Of a stretch of DNA of 34,369 nucleotides, positions 9,299 to 22,368 are shown piece by piece. This DNA comes from Basidioascus undulatus (taxonomy: Eukaryota), in assembly GCA_000826855.1 (NCBI GenBank), contig JTLS01000077.1:1-34369 (forward strand). The letters are read 5' to 3'. Made by a program: the position numbers and the translations under genes. The notes below the pieces were generated by a model that saw only the letters and a program-made list of their open reading frames with translations, did not search any database and was not told where the DNA came from. The stretch's first letter is position 1; each line of letters opens with the position of its first letter.

Positions 9299-12249
9299 AT
9301 GCGAGCGCGGACGCAGCTCGTCCGCACTCTCCGCCTCACCGCTCACCGCCGAGCACTCTCTACCTTTGCTCTGCCCGCTCCCGCTAATCCTCCCCGCGCT
9401 CCCCTCTCCGCCGTTGTGCGCACAGCGCCGGCGTACCCATCTCTCCCTCGCCGTCTTCTCTCTTTGACCACCAGCTGCGCGCTCTCTTCGACTCTCTCCC
9501 CCCTCTCCCTCTCCGAACCCGAGCACGGCATCGACCCCGAAATGTCCATCGCGTCTGAGCACTCGCACTCAGACCAGATCATCGTCCAGGACCTCGTCGT
9601 GCGCACGATCCTCGGCGTTGACCGGTGGGAGCGCAGCAACCCCCAGCCGGTACGCATCAGCGTCGTCTGCTTTACCGACATCTCCGCCGCGGGCGCGACG
9701 GACCACCTCCCCTACTCGATCAACTACGGCTCGCTCTGCAAGGAGTTCGAGGCCCATTGCGCCGGGCACCCGTACCGTAGCCTCGAGGCCCTCGCGGAGG
9801 GCCTCGCGCGCGTCGCCCTCTTCGGGATGGGCGCGCCGAAGGTGAAGGTCAAGGTGGAGAAGACCAAGGCGCTCTTGCATGCGCAGGCAGGCGGCGTCGA
9901 GATCTTCCGCGCCCAGGAGGACTACCTTCCCCCGCCTGCGCCCGCGGGCGTCGAGGGCGAGGGCGCCGCGAAGGAGGACTCGAAGGGCGCGGTGGACCCC
10001 CAGTCCCGCGCGCTCGATCCCGAGTCGAAGAACGCTCTGGGGGATAGGATATTTGTCAAGGAGCTCAGGCTCAACACAATCATCGGGATCCATCCGTGGG
10101 AGAGGGAGGAGAAGCAGGTCGTCCTTATCGACCTGGATATCCACGCGGGATATGACCGCGTGAAGGGCCGGAGGAAGCTCGGGAAGGAGGACGTCGTGAG
10201 CCCGACGCACAACTACCGCACGATCGTGCGGAGCATCACGGAGGTGAGTGGGACGCTTATCTGTGAAGGGAGGGAGCAGACGCGAGCGTGCTGACATCCC
10301 GTCCCACGCAGTACGTCGAGAACTCGTCTTACAAGACCGTCGAATCGCTCGCGACGGCCATCGCGCACACGGCGATCACGCGCTCGCACGTCGGGCGGAT
10401 CACCGTGCGGCTCTCGAAGCCGTCGGCGCTGATGTTCGCGTCCTGCGCGTCCGTCCAGCTCACACGCGACCGCACGTCCTTCTTGGAGTCCGACCCGCCC
10501 GTCTCCCCCCTCAAGGGCAAGAGGGGCGCGCCTCTCCCCAAGGTCGGCGACGACGCCCTCTCCGGCGGGACGGTCGTCGCTGTCGCGCTCGGGAGCAACC
10601 TCGGCGACCGCGCGGGCAACATCGAGCGCGCGCTGAGGGAGATCGAGAGCCGCAAGGTCGGGCGGGTCGTCGACACTTCGTTCTTGTACGAGACGCCGCC
10701 GATGTACCTCGAGGAGCAGCCGGCGTTCTTGAACGGCGCGTGCAAGGTGAGTGGTTGTCTCCCCGGGCTCGGCGGGTACAGAGCACAGTACTGGTTCCTG
10801 ACGACTTCTCCTCGCCAGATCGTCACCCCGCTGTCTCCGGCGCACCTCCTCTCGGCGCTCAAGTCGATCGAGGCGGACCTTGGACGGACAGCGACCGTCA
10901 GCAAAGGTCCGCGTGTCATCGACCTCGACATCATCCTCTACGGCCACTCGGAGGTCCACCTCTCCCATCCCGACCTCACGATTCCCCACATTGGTCTGAA
11001 GGAGCGCGAGTTCGTGCTCTGGCCGCTTTCCGAGTGCGTAAATCGCTGTGGCTCTTCATGACGTTTATACTGACTGACGCTCGTACCCTACTCAGTATCA
11101 TGCCCGGTTACGAGCATCCCATCCTCCACCGCACGATCTCTCAGCTCCTCTCCCAGCTCCGGAAGACGCCCGAGTACACCCCCTCCGCCATCCGCAAGAT
11201 CCTCCCCCACCCCCGACCCCTCAATGCCTCCGGCGACTCCGCTGCTACCTCCTGCGACCCGTCCATCATCTCCTGGGCGGACAAGACGCTCGTCATGGGC
11301 ATCCTCAACGCCACGCCCGACTCCTTCTCCGACGGCGGGGACAACTTCGACCTCGCCAACGCCGTCGCTTCCGCGCGCCGCATGCTCGACGCCGGTGCGG
11401 ACGTCCTCGACGTCGGCGGGATGAGCACACGGCCGGGCGCACCGGACGTGTCGGAGGCGGAGGAGCGCACGCGCGTCGTCCCGCTCATTGCCGAGCTGCG
11501 CAAGCACGGCGTGAGCGTGCCGATCTCGATCGACACCTTCCGCGCGAGCGTCGCCGAGGCCGCTGTCGAAGCCGGCGCGAGCTGGATCAACGACGTCACG
11601 GGCGGGGCGGCGGACGCGGACATGCTCCCCCTCGCTGCGCGGCTGGGCGTCCCCATCGTGCTCATGCACACGCGCGGCGACAGCCGCACCATGACGAGCC
11701 TGACCGAGTACGACAACGGGGACGTCCCGCGCGGAGTTGCGCTCGAGCTCGCCGAGCGCGTTCAGGCGGCGCTCAAGGCGGGCGTAAGGAGGTGGAACAT
11801 CATCCTCGACCCGGGCGTCGGGTTCGCGAAGGACCTGCAGGGGAACCTCGCGCTCCTTCGGTCCCTCCCCGCGATCTCGTCTGGCGCGGGACGCCTGCCC
11901 GACCCGCTCCCGCTCACGGACCTGCCGCACCTTGCGGGCGAATCGGCGGAGCCGCTGGCGGCGCTGCAGGGGTACCCGACCCTCGTGGGCGTGTCCCGCA
12001 AGGGGTTCCTCGGGAAGCTCACGGGCCGCGGGGAGCCCAAGGAGCGCGCGTTCGGGACTGCCGCGGCGTGTACGGCTGCTGTGGCGGGCGGGTGCAACGT
12101 TATCAGAGTGCACGATGTGAAGGAGATGGTGGATGTGGCGAGGACCGCGGACGCGATGTACGTGAGAGCTTTGATTCGCATTTGCAGGCAGATGGCTTAC
12201 TGTTTGTGGCTGACTGTTTGGTGGCGGCACGGATAGATACCGACGATAG
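9299..12249 (+). CDS. FOL1: Trifunctional folate synthesis protein (DHNA-DHNA-HPPK-DHPS) with probable mitochondrial presequence, 5 exons
   Basis: Two dihydroneopterin aldolase repeats (DQIIVQDL..RTILGVDRWER; DRIFVKELRLNTIIGIHPWER), HPPK (ALGSNLGDR, KGPRVIDLDIILY) and DHPS (MGILNATPDSFSDGG, STRPGA, DPGVGFAK, SRKGF, IRVHDV). Four GT-AG introns; ends ADAIYRR*. Confidence 0.96.
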
Positions 12250-12392
12250 ACTGAATGCATTGATGTTGTTGGCTTGCTTTTGGATTGTGATGCTTGTCTG
12301 CCCCATGGTGACTCGAAAGAGGACTGTGAAATCATTGACGTATTGGACTATCTCGCGAGCAGTGTCACTTACTTCACATTGACACAATGCAG

Positions 12393-14704
12393 GAGCTGCC
12401 CCAAAAGAAATTGCGAATGACAAGCACGCCTTCGGTGCTTCTGAACGCAAGGTACGTGGACTGCTACCCACATCTGGTCGCATGTAAGCTTACCGCTGCG
12501 GGCAGATCTACAACGCGGTCGAGAAGCACATGCAGAACCGGTTCAACGAGTTCCTGCGTGCGGGCACGGTCTTGAAGAAGTCAGTTGCATCCGTTGCTGG
12601 TATGTTTCGCTTCGTGATCAATGACCCTGACTGCCATTTGATCACAGCTATCCTCACGTCCTCACCTGGATTCTGCGGTTGCGTCAAGTAAGTAGTATTT
12701 TCATTAGCAACTGAATGCTCTGGATACTGAAGCGTCGTACAGGTCTGCGGCCACCCGCAACTTATCGCCGGCGCGTATGGAGACGGAGACGAGGTCGTCG
12801 GTGGTGATGGTGACGAAGCCATCGGCCAGCAAGGCACGCGCGGCGAATTCCAGCAGATGGCCGAGACGCGAAGGTAGAGCGTGAGCGTGCAGAGGGGCTT
12901 GTCGGTCTTCCGTTTGTCCAGGCAGTAAGAAAGGGTCTTTCTCGAAGTAGACGTGCAAGTAGTTTACACTTTAATTCCAACAGATGATTGAACGGTGCGC
13001 TGCTGGATGTACGGTTTTCTTCTCGGACTCGGCTGAACAGGATGGCTGGCCAGGTTCGTGGAACGTGCCGACGCCATCGGCGAGGAGGGCGACGCCGTCT
13101 GCACCATCTGCCATGACCTCTTCAGCAGCGACAGCGCGTGCGTGACCACGTGTTGCCACGAGTTCTGCCTCGTAAGCATCTGATCTTTGAACGACCTCGA
13201 CGATGATTGCCGGTTAACCCTGACTTCTGCTGTAGGAATGCATCAAGTTTGCTTCGAGCACAAGGTCCCGGTGGAGAACACGGGGCAAGATGGAGCCCAC
13301 GCCCGTCGCTGTGGGTGTTCCCTAAGCTGTTTCTTCGCTTCGCTCGCTGACGTCGTTTGCAAAGCCCGATGTGCCGCGAGCACGTCAAGGTTGGCCACCT
13401 GTTCCGAAGCACCGCCTTCGAGCCGCTGGTCAAAGTCGATCCGGGCCAGGTGCGACTGTTTCCAGCTTCCTGTCGCTTTGTCAGACGGAACTGACCTCCC
13501 GGCTTCGGTGAAACAGACGAGAGTAGACTTCTGGTGAAGGAGGTGCGTGGCGCGTTCGCTACTGCGATCGTCTGCGTGGTCTGAAAGCAGTGTTCTTGTA
13601 TAGGAGGACCGCAAGCTCAATCTGGACGTGAAGCAGGAGGACGTGAAGAAAGAGGCACTAGACTTCCACGAGTTCTCTCCGCTAGACAAGACGACGAGGA
13701 CATCGTGCCATCAACGGAGATGGTGGCTCTACTCAATCTTCTCGACCAGTGGCGCGACGAGACTCCGCTAGACAAGGTGAGTGCTGTGATGGCCACGCGG
13801 CGTGCTGTTTGCTGTGTGGGCTGACCGATCTCCCCAGGTCCTGGTTCTGTCGCAATGGACTTCCAGTGCGTTCTTCCTATCTGAATGTCGCGCATCATTC
13901 GCTAACTTTGGCGCCATTTCAGTGCTCGACAGTGCGCATTGTACTCATCATCCATCCGCAGCGATAACGCGCATGTTGTTTGTCTTTAGTCACCGCCACC
14001 GTCCTCAAGAGCCGCGGGTACAAGTACGAGAAGTTCGACGGCAAGATGAGCAGGCGCGAGCGTGAAGACGCGTTAGGCAGATTGAAGACTCGCGGCGACC
14101 GCAAAATCTTGCTAATGTCGTGCGTTCGCATGCTCGCTGAGTCAAGGTACAGAGCGGCTAATAGTTCTCCTTGTCATAGCATCAAGGCGGGTGGAGTCGG
14201 TGGGCAACATCGCTTTTGTCAACGTGAAACGTAAACCGCTGTTGTGCCGGCTGACCCCATGCGCTACCAGGCCTTAACTTGACGGAGGCCAACCGAGTCG
14301 TGTTTTGGATCTCAAATGGGCACCCGCGGTACGCCGCGGCTTCGTCTCAAAACAGCGACGTGCACAGCAGCTGATGCAAACCCCACTCTGCCCCCTCGCA
14401 GACGGAGCTTCAAGCAATTGACCGAGTCCACCGCATCGGCCAGAGCAAGACGGTGTTCGTTCACCGGATCATACACGATCGAAGCACGCCTGCTCGCGAT
14501 TCAGGAGCATAAGCAGGGCGAGGCGGACGCGACCCTCGGCGAGGGCAGAGTCCGCCGCATTCCGCGCTTCACTGTGGCTGACTTGGCAGCGGTAAGCCCT
14601 CGTACCCGATTTTTGGGCTTCTTGGTGATTCCTCTTCCGCTGAAACTGCGCATTTGCCTCAGCACTTCGGTCTCGGGGCGGCGGGAAGGGACTGGGACGA
14701 TTAG
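12393..14704 (+). pseudogene. 5'-truncated, multiply frameshifted SNF2-family helicase with RING finger (Rad5/Rad16/Uls1-like), C-terminal half only
   Basis: Fragments IYNAVEKHMQNRFNEFLRAGTVLKNYPHVLTWILRLRQVCGHP, RING CTIC..CCHEFCLEC..CPMCR, KVLVLSQWTS, FDGKMSRRERE, SIKAGGVGLNLTEANRV, QAIDRVHRIGQ, TIEARLLAIQEHK. Frame breaks near 12400, 12850, 13245, 14305 and 14470. The N-terminal ATPase lobe is absent. Confidence 0.88.
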
Positions 14705-15312
14705 TTTGGAACCCGAGAACGTTGGATTCTTTCTCTTTCTCTTTCTCATTCTTCGCTTTCAGGTCGGCTGGGCAGATGCTGTTGTTTGTCTAGCTGTGTA
14801 TGAGACGCTCCTAATGTATTCGCACTTGCTTACGTTCCGACTGGGGCTAAACCGGCGGTGCTTGGCAATGAAAGCGCAAGTGTCATGCTCGGAGTGCCTG
14901 CAAGGAGGTGTGGCTTTCTTAGATCCCCTTAACCAGACGAAACGCCGTCCTGCGCATACTGTCCTTCAGGACCAAGTATCGAAACCAGGCTGCTTCCAAT
15001 CCGGGCGAGCGAAATCTCCAACGTCCGTACATCGACTGTTACTATGGGCTTAGGCTGGTACAAACATGATTGCACATCATCTGGAACGTTTTACCGGTTC
15101 AAACGGGGTCGTGTGACACTCAGAACATTACATTACATTACGGCGCGTCCTTGAGCGCGGGATGTTCATTGGGACGTAAGTTCACCCACCCAGTGTGGTT
15201 ACCGTGACGGTTTAGAATGCTGTTCGCTCGTCTTTGAACACCTTCCTTCAACCGCCAGCTCTCCTCTCAAACGCAGACAACCATCCCTTCACAAAGCGCA
15301 ACTGTTCTACCG

Positions 15313-15598
15313 ATGTCTTTGCTTGATCTTCCTCGCGACGTGCTACTCCACATCTGCGACGCGCAGCCCACTCTTTCGAGCTGCACGGCCTTCTCGCAAA
15401 TGTACACCCAGCTCAGAGCCCTCTGCATCGAGTCCTTCCTGATCGCGTAGCTCTTCCAGGCGGGGTACGGCTTCCCCCTCCTCTGCAAAAAGGACGACGC
15501 CGGAGACTCTTTTGCGCGCGCGCATGCGTTCGTTGCGGGCCTCAGTCATCCACCGTGTCGCAGGCGGGAGTGCAAGCTTTGTGTGGACCTACGTTCGA
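15313..15598 (+). pseudogene. F-box-like gene with premature stop
   Basis: MSLLDLPRDVLLHICDAQPTLSSCTAFSQMYTQLRALC (F-box start L.DLP.DVL.HI). In-frame TAG at 15448-15450; the frame then continues to a GTGAGT donor at 15599. Confidence 0.6.
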
Positions 15599-16420
15599 GT
15601 GAGTGTCTCCTGCTCATAGTCCGTCCGCCCCTATGGCAATGGCCGCTGAGACTTCAACTGCAACTTTTGAGCAAGCTCTTCCCTCCGCCCTGGTTCCCGT
15701 AGTTTGCGTCGAGGGGGAGAAGATCGCACTGGAACTGCACCAGCTCCTCCGCAACAATGAGCTGGAGATGGTCGATATGCGTGAGGGAGCAGCGGGGAAG
15801 CTGGTGGTGTACTGGCAGTGATAAAGAGTGCGCTGTAGCGTGAAGTGGGATAAAGTAGGTTGCTGTGGAACAGTTCAGGTTCCAGTTCATGTTCCAAATA
15901 TTCCCTCTGTGGACTTTACCCTTGTAGATCAGGAGAATGCAAAGGAGTAGGGCCGGCCCGCTGTACTAAATCCTTGCCCCTCAGTGGACGGCAGACTCGG
16001 AGGCTGCCGCTGCTCTCACTACTGTAATCGTCTTCCGCAACCTTCCTCCTGATGCTGTTGTCCAAAACAGCTGTTGGTATGAGTCAATATGGATCCCTTG
16101 CAATCACCCTACCGCCCAGCCGAAAGTGAGCCCACACCAAGGTCGAACAAAGGTAGTCGAGCGTTCAACGCAAGTTCTCAACGACCGCGCAATCAGGCCG
16201 CTCGAGCTCGCTCATCAAGAGAAAATTTGCAGAGTGTCAAAGTACTGTTTGTGAGTTAATGCGGGCTATTCTTACAATCATTGCAGCGGACACGACCTGT
16301 GAATCCGAGGACAGGGAGAGCGGTCCCCCACAGCTGCAGGCGGGCCGTGCTTTGCAGCAATTGGCCGAGGCGTCCGCATTTTGCACTAGCTGTCTGCTGC
16401 CTACTCTCAACCATCACCCC

Positions 16421-17492
16421 ATGCAGGCCTCCAACTTCCGGCGCTTTGTGTACCGAATACGGGTCCTCCTCTTCCTCGGGGTCCTCTGCGCCACGCCCGT
16501 CGTGATCTACTTCTACCGCTTCCACACAATCCTGCGGCAGTACTCGTGCCAGCTCCCGCCGTTCCCCCTATCCCTCTTCGCGCGCCCGGCGCTCCTCCCA
16601 CCCGATGTTGCCCTCTCCGACGCCGGCGACGCTGACGCCCGCATCCTCGTCACGATGCTGTGCACGCACCCGTCGTACCGCGTGCTCGGCGCGGTCGAGA
16701 ACCATAGAGACTACTCGGTGCGGCATGGGTACGCGTTTCAGGCGAGCAGCGAGAGGATAGGGGAGAGCTTCGAGGATGGATTCTGGGCGAAGGTTGCGAG
16801 GCTGGAGAGCCTGGTAGAGGACGAGCTGGAAAAGCCGGAGAAGGAGAGGCTGGAATGGATCTTGTGAGCCTGGCTTTCATTCGGCTGTTGAAAGGGACTG
16901 GAGGCTGAGTGAAGTACAGCTGGACGGATGTGGACACGCTCGGTCAGTCTTTATGCCTCGAAATCCTTCCCAAGCAGGTTCTCATTCAAAGTTCTTCTCA
17001 TCGCGCACAGTTCTCAACCCTCGCGTCCCCCTTTCCACCCTCCTCCCCCCTCCCTCGATCTCCTCCAACATCCACCTGCTCTGGTCCCGGGACGACTGGG
17101 GCCCGAACGCAGGGGTTCTCCTCATGCGTATCTCCTCCTTCTCCCTCAAGCTCCTTCGCGACGCCGCGCGCCTGCGCTACGTGCTCCCCGGCTGGGTCCT
17201 GCCCATGCGCGAGCAGACCGCGCTCCAGCTCCTCATGCCCCTGGACGAGACGGTGATCATCCCCTCCCACTGGTTTAACTCCCGAGATTGGGACAGGCGC
17301 GACGCGCCCCCGTTCCATGTCCACTTCTCGGGCAAGAGCGACAAGCACAAGGTGGAGGCAGTGCTGGATGGGGTGAACGGGCGGGCGAGTGCGCAGTGGG
17401 AGGCGGGCTGGGAGGAGGGGAGAAGGCAGATGGAGAGCGAGACTCGCCAGTTTTGGGAGGACTTCGCGAGAAGACGCAATCTTCATATATGA
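16421..17492 (+). CDS. Glycosyltransferase family 34 (GMA12/MNN10-like), type II membrane protein, 3 exons
   Basis: N-terminal TM anchor, ENHRDYSVRHGY, FWAKVARL..EDELEKPEKERLEWIFWTDVDT (DxD motif on the 23-nt exon 16920-16942), VLNPRVPL, DDWGPNAGVLLMR, EQTAL, FHVHFSG. Confidence 0.88.
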
Positions 17493-19385
17493 GTTGCGAC
17501 ATTACAACTGCGGGCTGGAGGGTGGCTTCTTCGATGCCGTACACTAGCCATGGTGTGTGAGGGGGGCTGCAGGACGAGAACCGGGGGTCATATTCTCGCT
17601 TGCTGTCCGGATCTAACAGGTTGAATTCTACTCAACATATTCGCGAGAAATGGCTTCGTGACAGTACACTTTCAAGCCAATCATAGATATGCTCGCCGGC
17701 CTGAAAGCTGAGCGCTGCTGACTGAACCTACCGACCCGGACTGCAACGGTACGCTCTTGCAGTCCTGAAATGTCTGTCCAGAGATATAAATACATGGACA
17801 GTCGTCCTTACAATCAACTCTTCCACGCTGGCAAAGAGTGGTTCGGATCCTGCCGCTGTGCGTTGACCCAGTGTTGCGACCGCCTATAATCCAGGGCACA
17901 TGTGTGTACGACCTGGCTTCTTCCTCAACATCATTGCTTGCAAATGTTTCATTGGGCAATAACTGGTACTGCAGCTTTCTTCCCTGGGGCCTCGTCATCC
18001 AATGGCCTCACTCTCCAATCGCATCCAGCTAGCCCACGTTCAGTCAGCGAGCCCGGCGCTGCTTCTCGGACTTGGGCGAAATCATGCCAAAATTATGTGC
18101 ATGTATCAGTCTGAACTCAGCATATTCGTATACCTGAATGGCAGGGAGGGTTGACTGACGGCCGGTGAAGACAATCCGGAGCGCGGACGGGTATGTCTGT
18201 CGTACGTTGGCACATCAGGCTAAGATCGTCTTCCTGACTCATCCGGTATGCGAAAATTAGTCGCGTACCTTAACCTCAACATTGATTTCCTGCCGCCTAT
18301 CTGAAGGGTCTCCAAGCGGTCCGACGGCCGCTTGATCCGGTATTCCCTGCACGAGATCAGCCGCTCCTGACTTCCCACCCGACAAGCGTAAACAGGCCCA
18401 CCTCACTCTCTCGCCGTCCACCGTTCTCCTCCTTGTGATATATATCCCCAAGCTGTGACAGCACTTTGCTTCTGAGAAAGACGAACTGCGATAGGACGAA
18501 GATACGGGTGTGGGACAAGGAGGTGCCAATCTTATGCGGTGCACCCGAGGTGAGAAGCAACGGATTGATGGACTTGCTCCATTGTCTGACATCCCTTCTC
18601 GAGATTGTCAATAACGCTTGTATATCCTTCGATTATACGGGCGGTCGTACACCCAGGAGATGATGAATGTGTAACAGCTCGTGGGAACATTGGGATGGAA
18701 GCAGGAAAGGAGCGAGAGGCGACTCGGGGATGGGAGTCGGTTAAAGAATATAGATTATATCACTGCAATACATTCTCCTTGAGTAGGCAGCAATGGCCCA
18801 GGTCTTCCCGAAGCGTAAATGAAGGTCATGCTGGAAAGGTGCGAGATGCACTGCGTGCACTGCGTCAGTCAGTTCATTAGAGACTGAGGCACCCTCCATC
18901 TACGATCTCACACACTTCAACGTACCTTCTTTTTTTCATGTCACAGAGGACTTGTAGAGGAACTCCCGGACCACTGGGCTCACTAGGTTTCAGAGGAGGT
19001 AGCTGCATTTTGGGCGCAGGACGGCATGGAAAGCGAAGCAGGCAGTGCGCGGAATCCGGATTGTGGCTTATGGCAATGACAGTGGTACTCCTTGATTGTT
19101 TCGAGAGAGCCGGGATATAAGATCTATGGAACATACTATTCACGAAGACCGAAATTTTCTGGGGGGGTGTTTTCCAGCATTGATCAAGACATTGTCCTCC
19201 GCAGGGCAGGTCATGAAACACCTTGCCCTTCCCAATGCATTCACCAGCTTCCGAAACAATGCCGGATACACCATTGATAGGGGCCTTCAGGCCTTTAACT
19301 GGTCCTTGCTCCCTTTCAACTATCATCTCTGCACCTGCTCCTCTTTAGCGCTTCAATTTACCTTTCACGCATGCAGACTTCGAGC

Positions 19386-20333
19386 ATGGACGTAACCTCG
19401 AGCTCATTCCCGATCGAGCGGCTCCCTGCCGAAATTTTGGCAAAGATCCTGGCTCAGCTCCTCTGTCCTCCGCCTGCATCGATATTGCTCGATTCGAACC
19501 CCCCGCCGCCGCAGCATGGCTTCTCAGCTCGACCCCCACCGCACTTATTCACACAGCCCCGTCATTCTCTTCCACTCGTGTGCCGGCTCTGGCATGCTGT
19601 TTCCCGGCCCCTCCTCTTCCATGCGATCCCCATTCGCACGGAGGAACAGACCTATCGAGTCGCCGAGGCCCTTGCACGAGATGCCGGGGAGAAGCAGCGG
19701 AATGGGCAGCGCGTGCGTGCACTTTTGCTTTGGCAGCCGCCATCTTCGCGTTGGTATGAGCTCGTGCAAGTCATTCGCGCCTCCCCAAATGTCGAGGCGA
19801 TCAACGTCGCCCTTTACCCTCGAGCCTACATGCACGACGACCTGCTTCTGCAGGCCCTTTCCGTCCTTCGACCCACACACGTCCGACTTCACATTATCAA
19901 CTGGCGAGAGACCGGCATCCTTCCGGCATTAAATCTCTGAGCACCAAGTTTGAAGCAGATCGTCCTCGGCTCGAACCGAGTCTAAAACATACTCTGGCGG
20001 CACCGATTGCGCGCTCAGACGCCAATGCTCACGCACCTTCACGTCGACGGATTCGTGCTTGTCACGTTCATCAAGAGGGAGTTGCAGACTCAAAAGACCC
20101 TCGTTCAATTATCCATCAGTTCCGTCGAACTTGGACAGGAGCAGGCTTTGATTCATTTGGGGCAAACGAATAGGCAGGTGCGAGCCGTTGTGCGTTACGC
20201 ACCAGCCGGTGAGACAGGAGGAATTTCGCATGGGAGAGACTGGTCGAGCGAGCTCGTACTCCTAGAGCTCAACTGGCACAACCTGGAGGATGTTGTACTG
20301 CAGGAGGCGATGACCGAAGCGGAGGATGCATGA
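19386..20333 (+). pseudogene. F-box protein pseudogene with two in-frame stops
   Basis: IERLPAEILAKIL...SLPLVCRLWHAVSRPLLFHAIPI is a typical basidiomycete F-box start. TGA at 19938 and TAA at 19983 interrupt a frame that resumes as ORF 20007-20333 (LTHLHVDG, LRR-like). Confidence 0.72.
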
Positions 20334-20924
20334 AGGCTCTCGAAGCACTGCCGTCAGCCTTGTTAATGAGCTCTCGCTGTCGAGCAACCGAGTGTTCCTT
20401 GTAAAACTTGTGTATAGATTGCGTCTGAAAACGTTCACTGAGAGGTTCAAGCGGAGCAATGCATCGGTCCCGTCCTCTGCTTGCGAGCTTGCAAGCTGCA
20501 GTACGCGGTCAAGGCACGTAGCAGGTCTGTTTCCAGATTTGCGTTGTTCATTACCCAAAATATCGTGTGACGCATAAATTGAATTACCCAATAGTTTTCT
20601 AGTAAGGAGAGAACATCAAACGGGTTAACAAGCAGCGAGAGTGTGTGTACACGTCCCAGGCTGCATGCAACTTGCAAGCTGACACCTCCGACGCAGTTGG
20701 AATGGCACGCCTTGAGGGACCTGGTGAACACTCGGGCTGAGTCTTCAATCCCTGAGGGTCGGGCAGCCAATGCTAATCTCCTCCAAACGCAGGTGGCCGC
20801 AGTGCAGTCACGCAGTGCAGATAGGGGGCCCACCCGCGTCGGCATATGAACAAGTTCGTCTTCTCCACACGTATCAAATCATGATGCATTATTTTCAACG
20901 TCAACCCGTCTCTAGCTCCTGCTC

Positions 20925-22368
20925 TCAAAGCTTCGAAGTGCCCTTCGCGAACTGGACCTTCGCGTACCCGCCGCCGAGGACGGGCTTGCCCGTAGCCTTG
21001 TTGACGGTGACAAAGGTAATCTCGTCCGGGCTGACCTGCCAGATCTTGGTAACAAGGGCGTCGCCAGGCTGCAAACAAACTTAGAGTCAGCAGCAGAACA
21101 TTAGCTCGCCAGGCCGTCGTTCACGGGACATACCTTAACCGGGCTGGTGAAGCGGACACCAAAGGCTTTCAACCTGGGAGTTAGACGACCCCGATCAGAC
21201 GCGATTACCAAAACAAAGACGAAGTAGAAGAATGCGATACGCACGAGTTCGGGTCAGCGCCACCAACGACCTTCACGATCCCCCGCGCGGCCGTGCCGAA
21301 CGTCGCGAGCCCATGCAAGATGACGCCGCCGAAGCCGGCGGCCTTGCCGATGCGCGGGTCGATGTGCAGCGGGTTGTAGTCGCCGCTGAGGCGATACACG
21401 ATCGCCTGCTCGGGCGTTGTCGCATCCTCGATCGTCCAGTCCGGCTCGCGCGCGGGCGGCTTCTGGCCGGCGGGCGCACGGACGAGCGCCTTCGAGAACG
21501 GCCCGGAGGTCTTGGCGCCGATGTTGAAGGAGGAGGACTGGGTGCGGTGCATGTGAGCAGAGGAGAGTGTAAGGGGCAAGGTAGGGGAGGACGAACAAGC
21601 ATCTTGGCGTAGGGGGTGCCGGACTGGTCAACGAGAACAGACTCGGCATCGACGATGATGCCGGTCTCTGCGGATGCCATGCATTAAATCTTGCATGTAT
21701 ACATGTATGCATAGGACGAGGACTCACTGTTCTCATGCACGCCCACAATCCGCTTCTTCAACTGCCAACCCTTCGCCTCCTTCGGCAGCGGCTTGAGGAT
21801 CTCGATGTACTGACTACCGTCTAGATCCTCATGACCAAGATGAGACAATGGACCTCGCTCACACATGAAATGGTGGTCAGCACTTACGAACGACGCGGTT
21901 CGGGTCGAACTTGGGCAGCCCGGGCGGCGCAGGCCCATCGCCCTTGAAGTTGTCCGCGAAGTTGACGACGTCCTGGCTCTCGCCCTTGCTGTAGCGTGGA
22001 GCAGACCACGTCGGCGTTCCGCGAGTTCATTGGGGAGTGATTGGGCACATACAAGCTCAAGACAACAGGGTAGGTCGGGAAGAGGCCGAAGTTGGGGTCT
22101 GTAGCGAAGGTCCACCGGCATCAGCGCTGTGCTGGCATCATCCCCACGCCCGACAACACACGCACCGAGTTCATAGTTGATAGGGAAGTCCTCCGCCTTA
22201 GCTCCAATCCCGACGGCATACACTGAGTCCCCATTCACTCAGCGTCTGCTACGCAAGAACTGGGGAGGGTCAGAGGTACGTACGGAGCGCGTCGCGGGTG
22301 TTCCACGCGACGTTCTGGGTGGGCTGTTCAAAGCCGACAGCCTTTCCGAGGGGGTTCGAGTCGGCCAT
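20925..22368 (-). CDS. Peroxisomal MaoC-family dehydratase (stand-alone 2-enoyl-CoA hydratase 2), multi-exon, C-terminal PTS1 SKL
   Basis: WNTRDALLYAVGIGA, FPTYPVVL, DPNRVVHGSQYIE, hydratase-2 motif YRLSGDYNPLHIDP, ILHGLATFG, VRFTSPVKPGD; ends GTSKL*. Confidence 0.93.

Noticed and set aside
9569..12335. Long antisense ORFs over FOL1 (242, 258 and 415 aa)
   Set aside because: Expected from strong GC3 codon bias on the sense strand; no independent domain signal.
17600..19330. Lower-GC stretch with scattered splice-like signals as a transposon or gene
   Set aside because: No transposase, RT or integrase motifs, no terminal repeats and no consistent frame. It may be a very decayed gene, but I cannot support a call.
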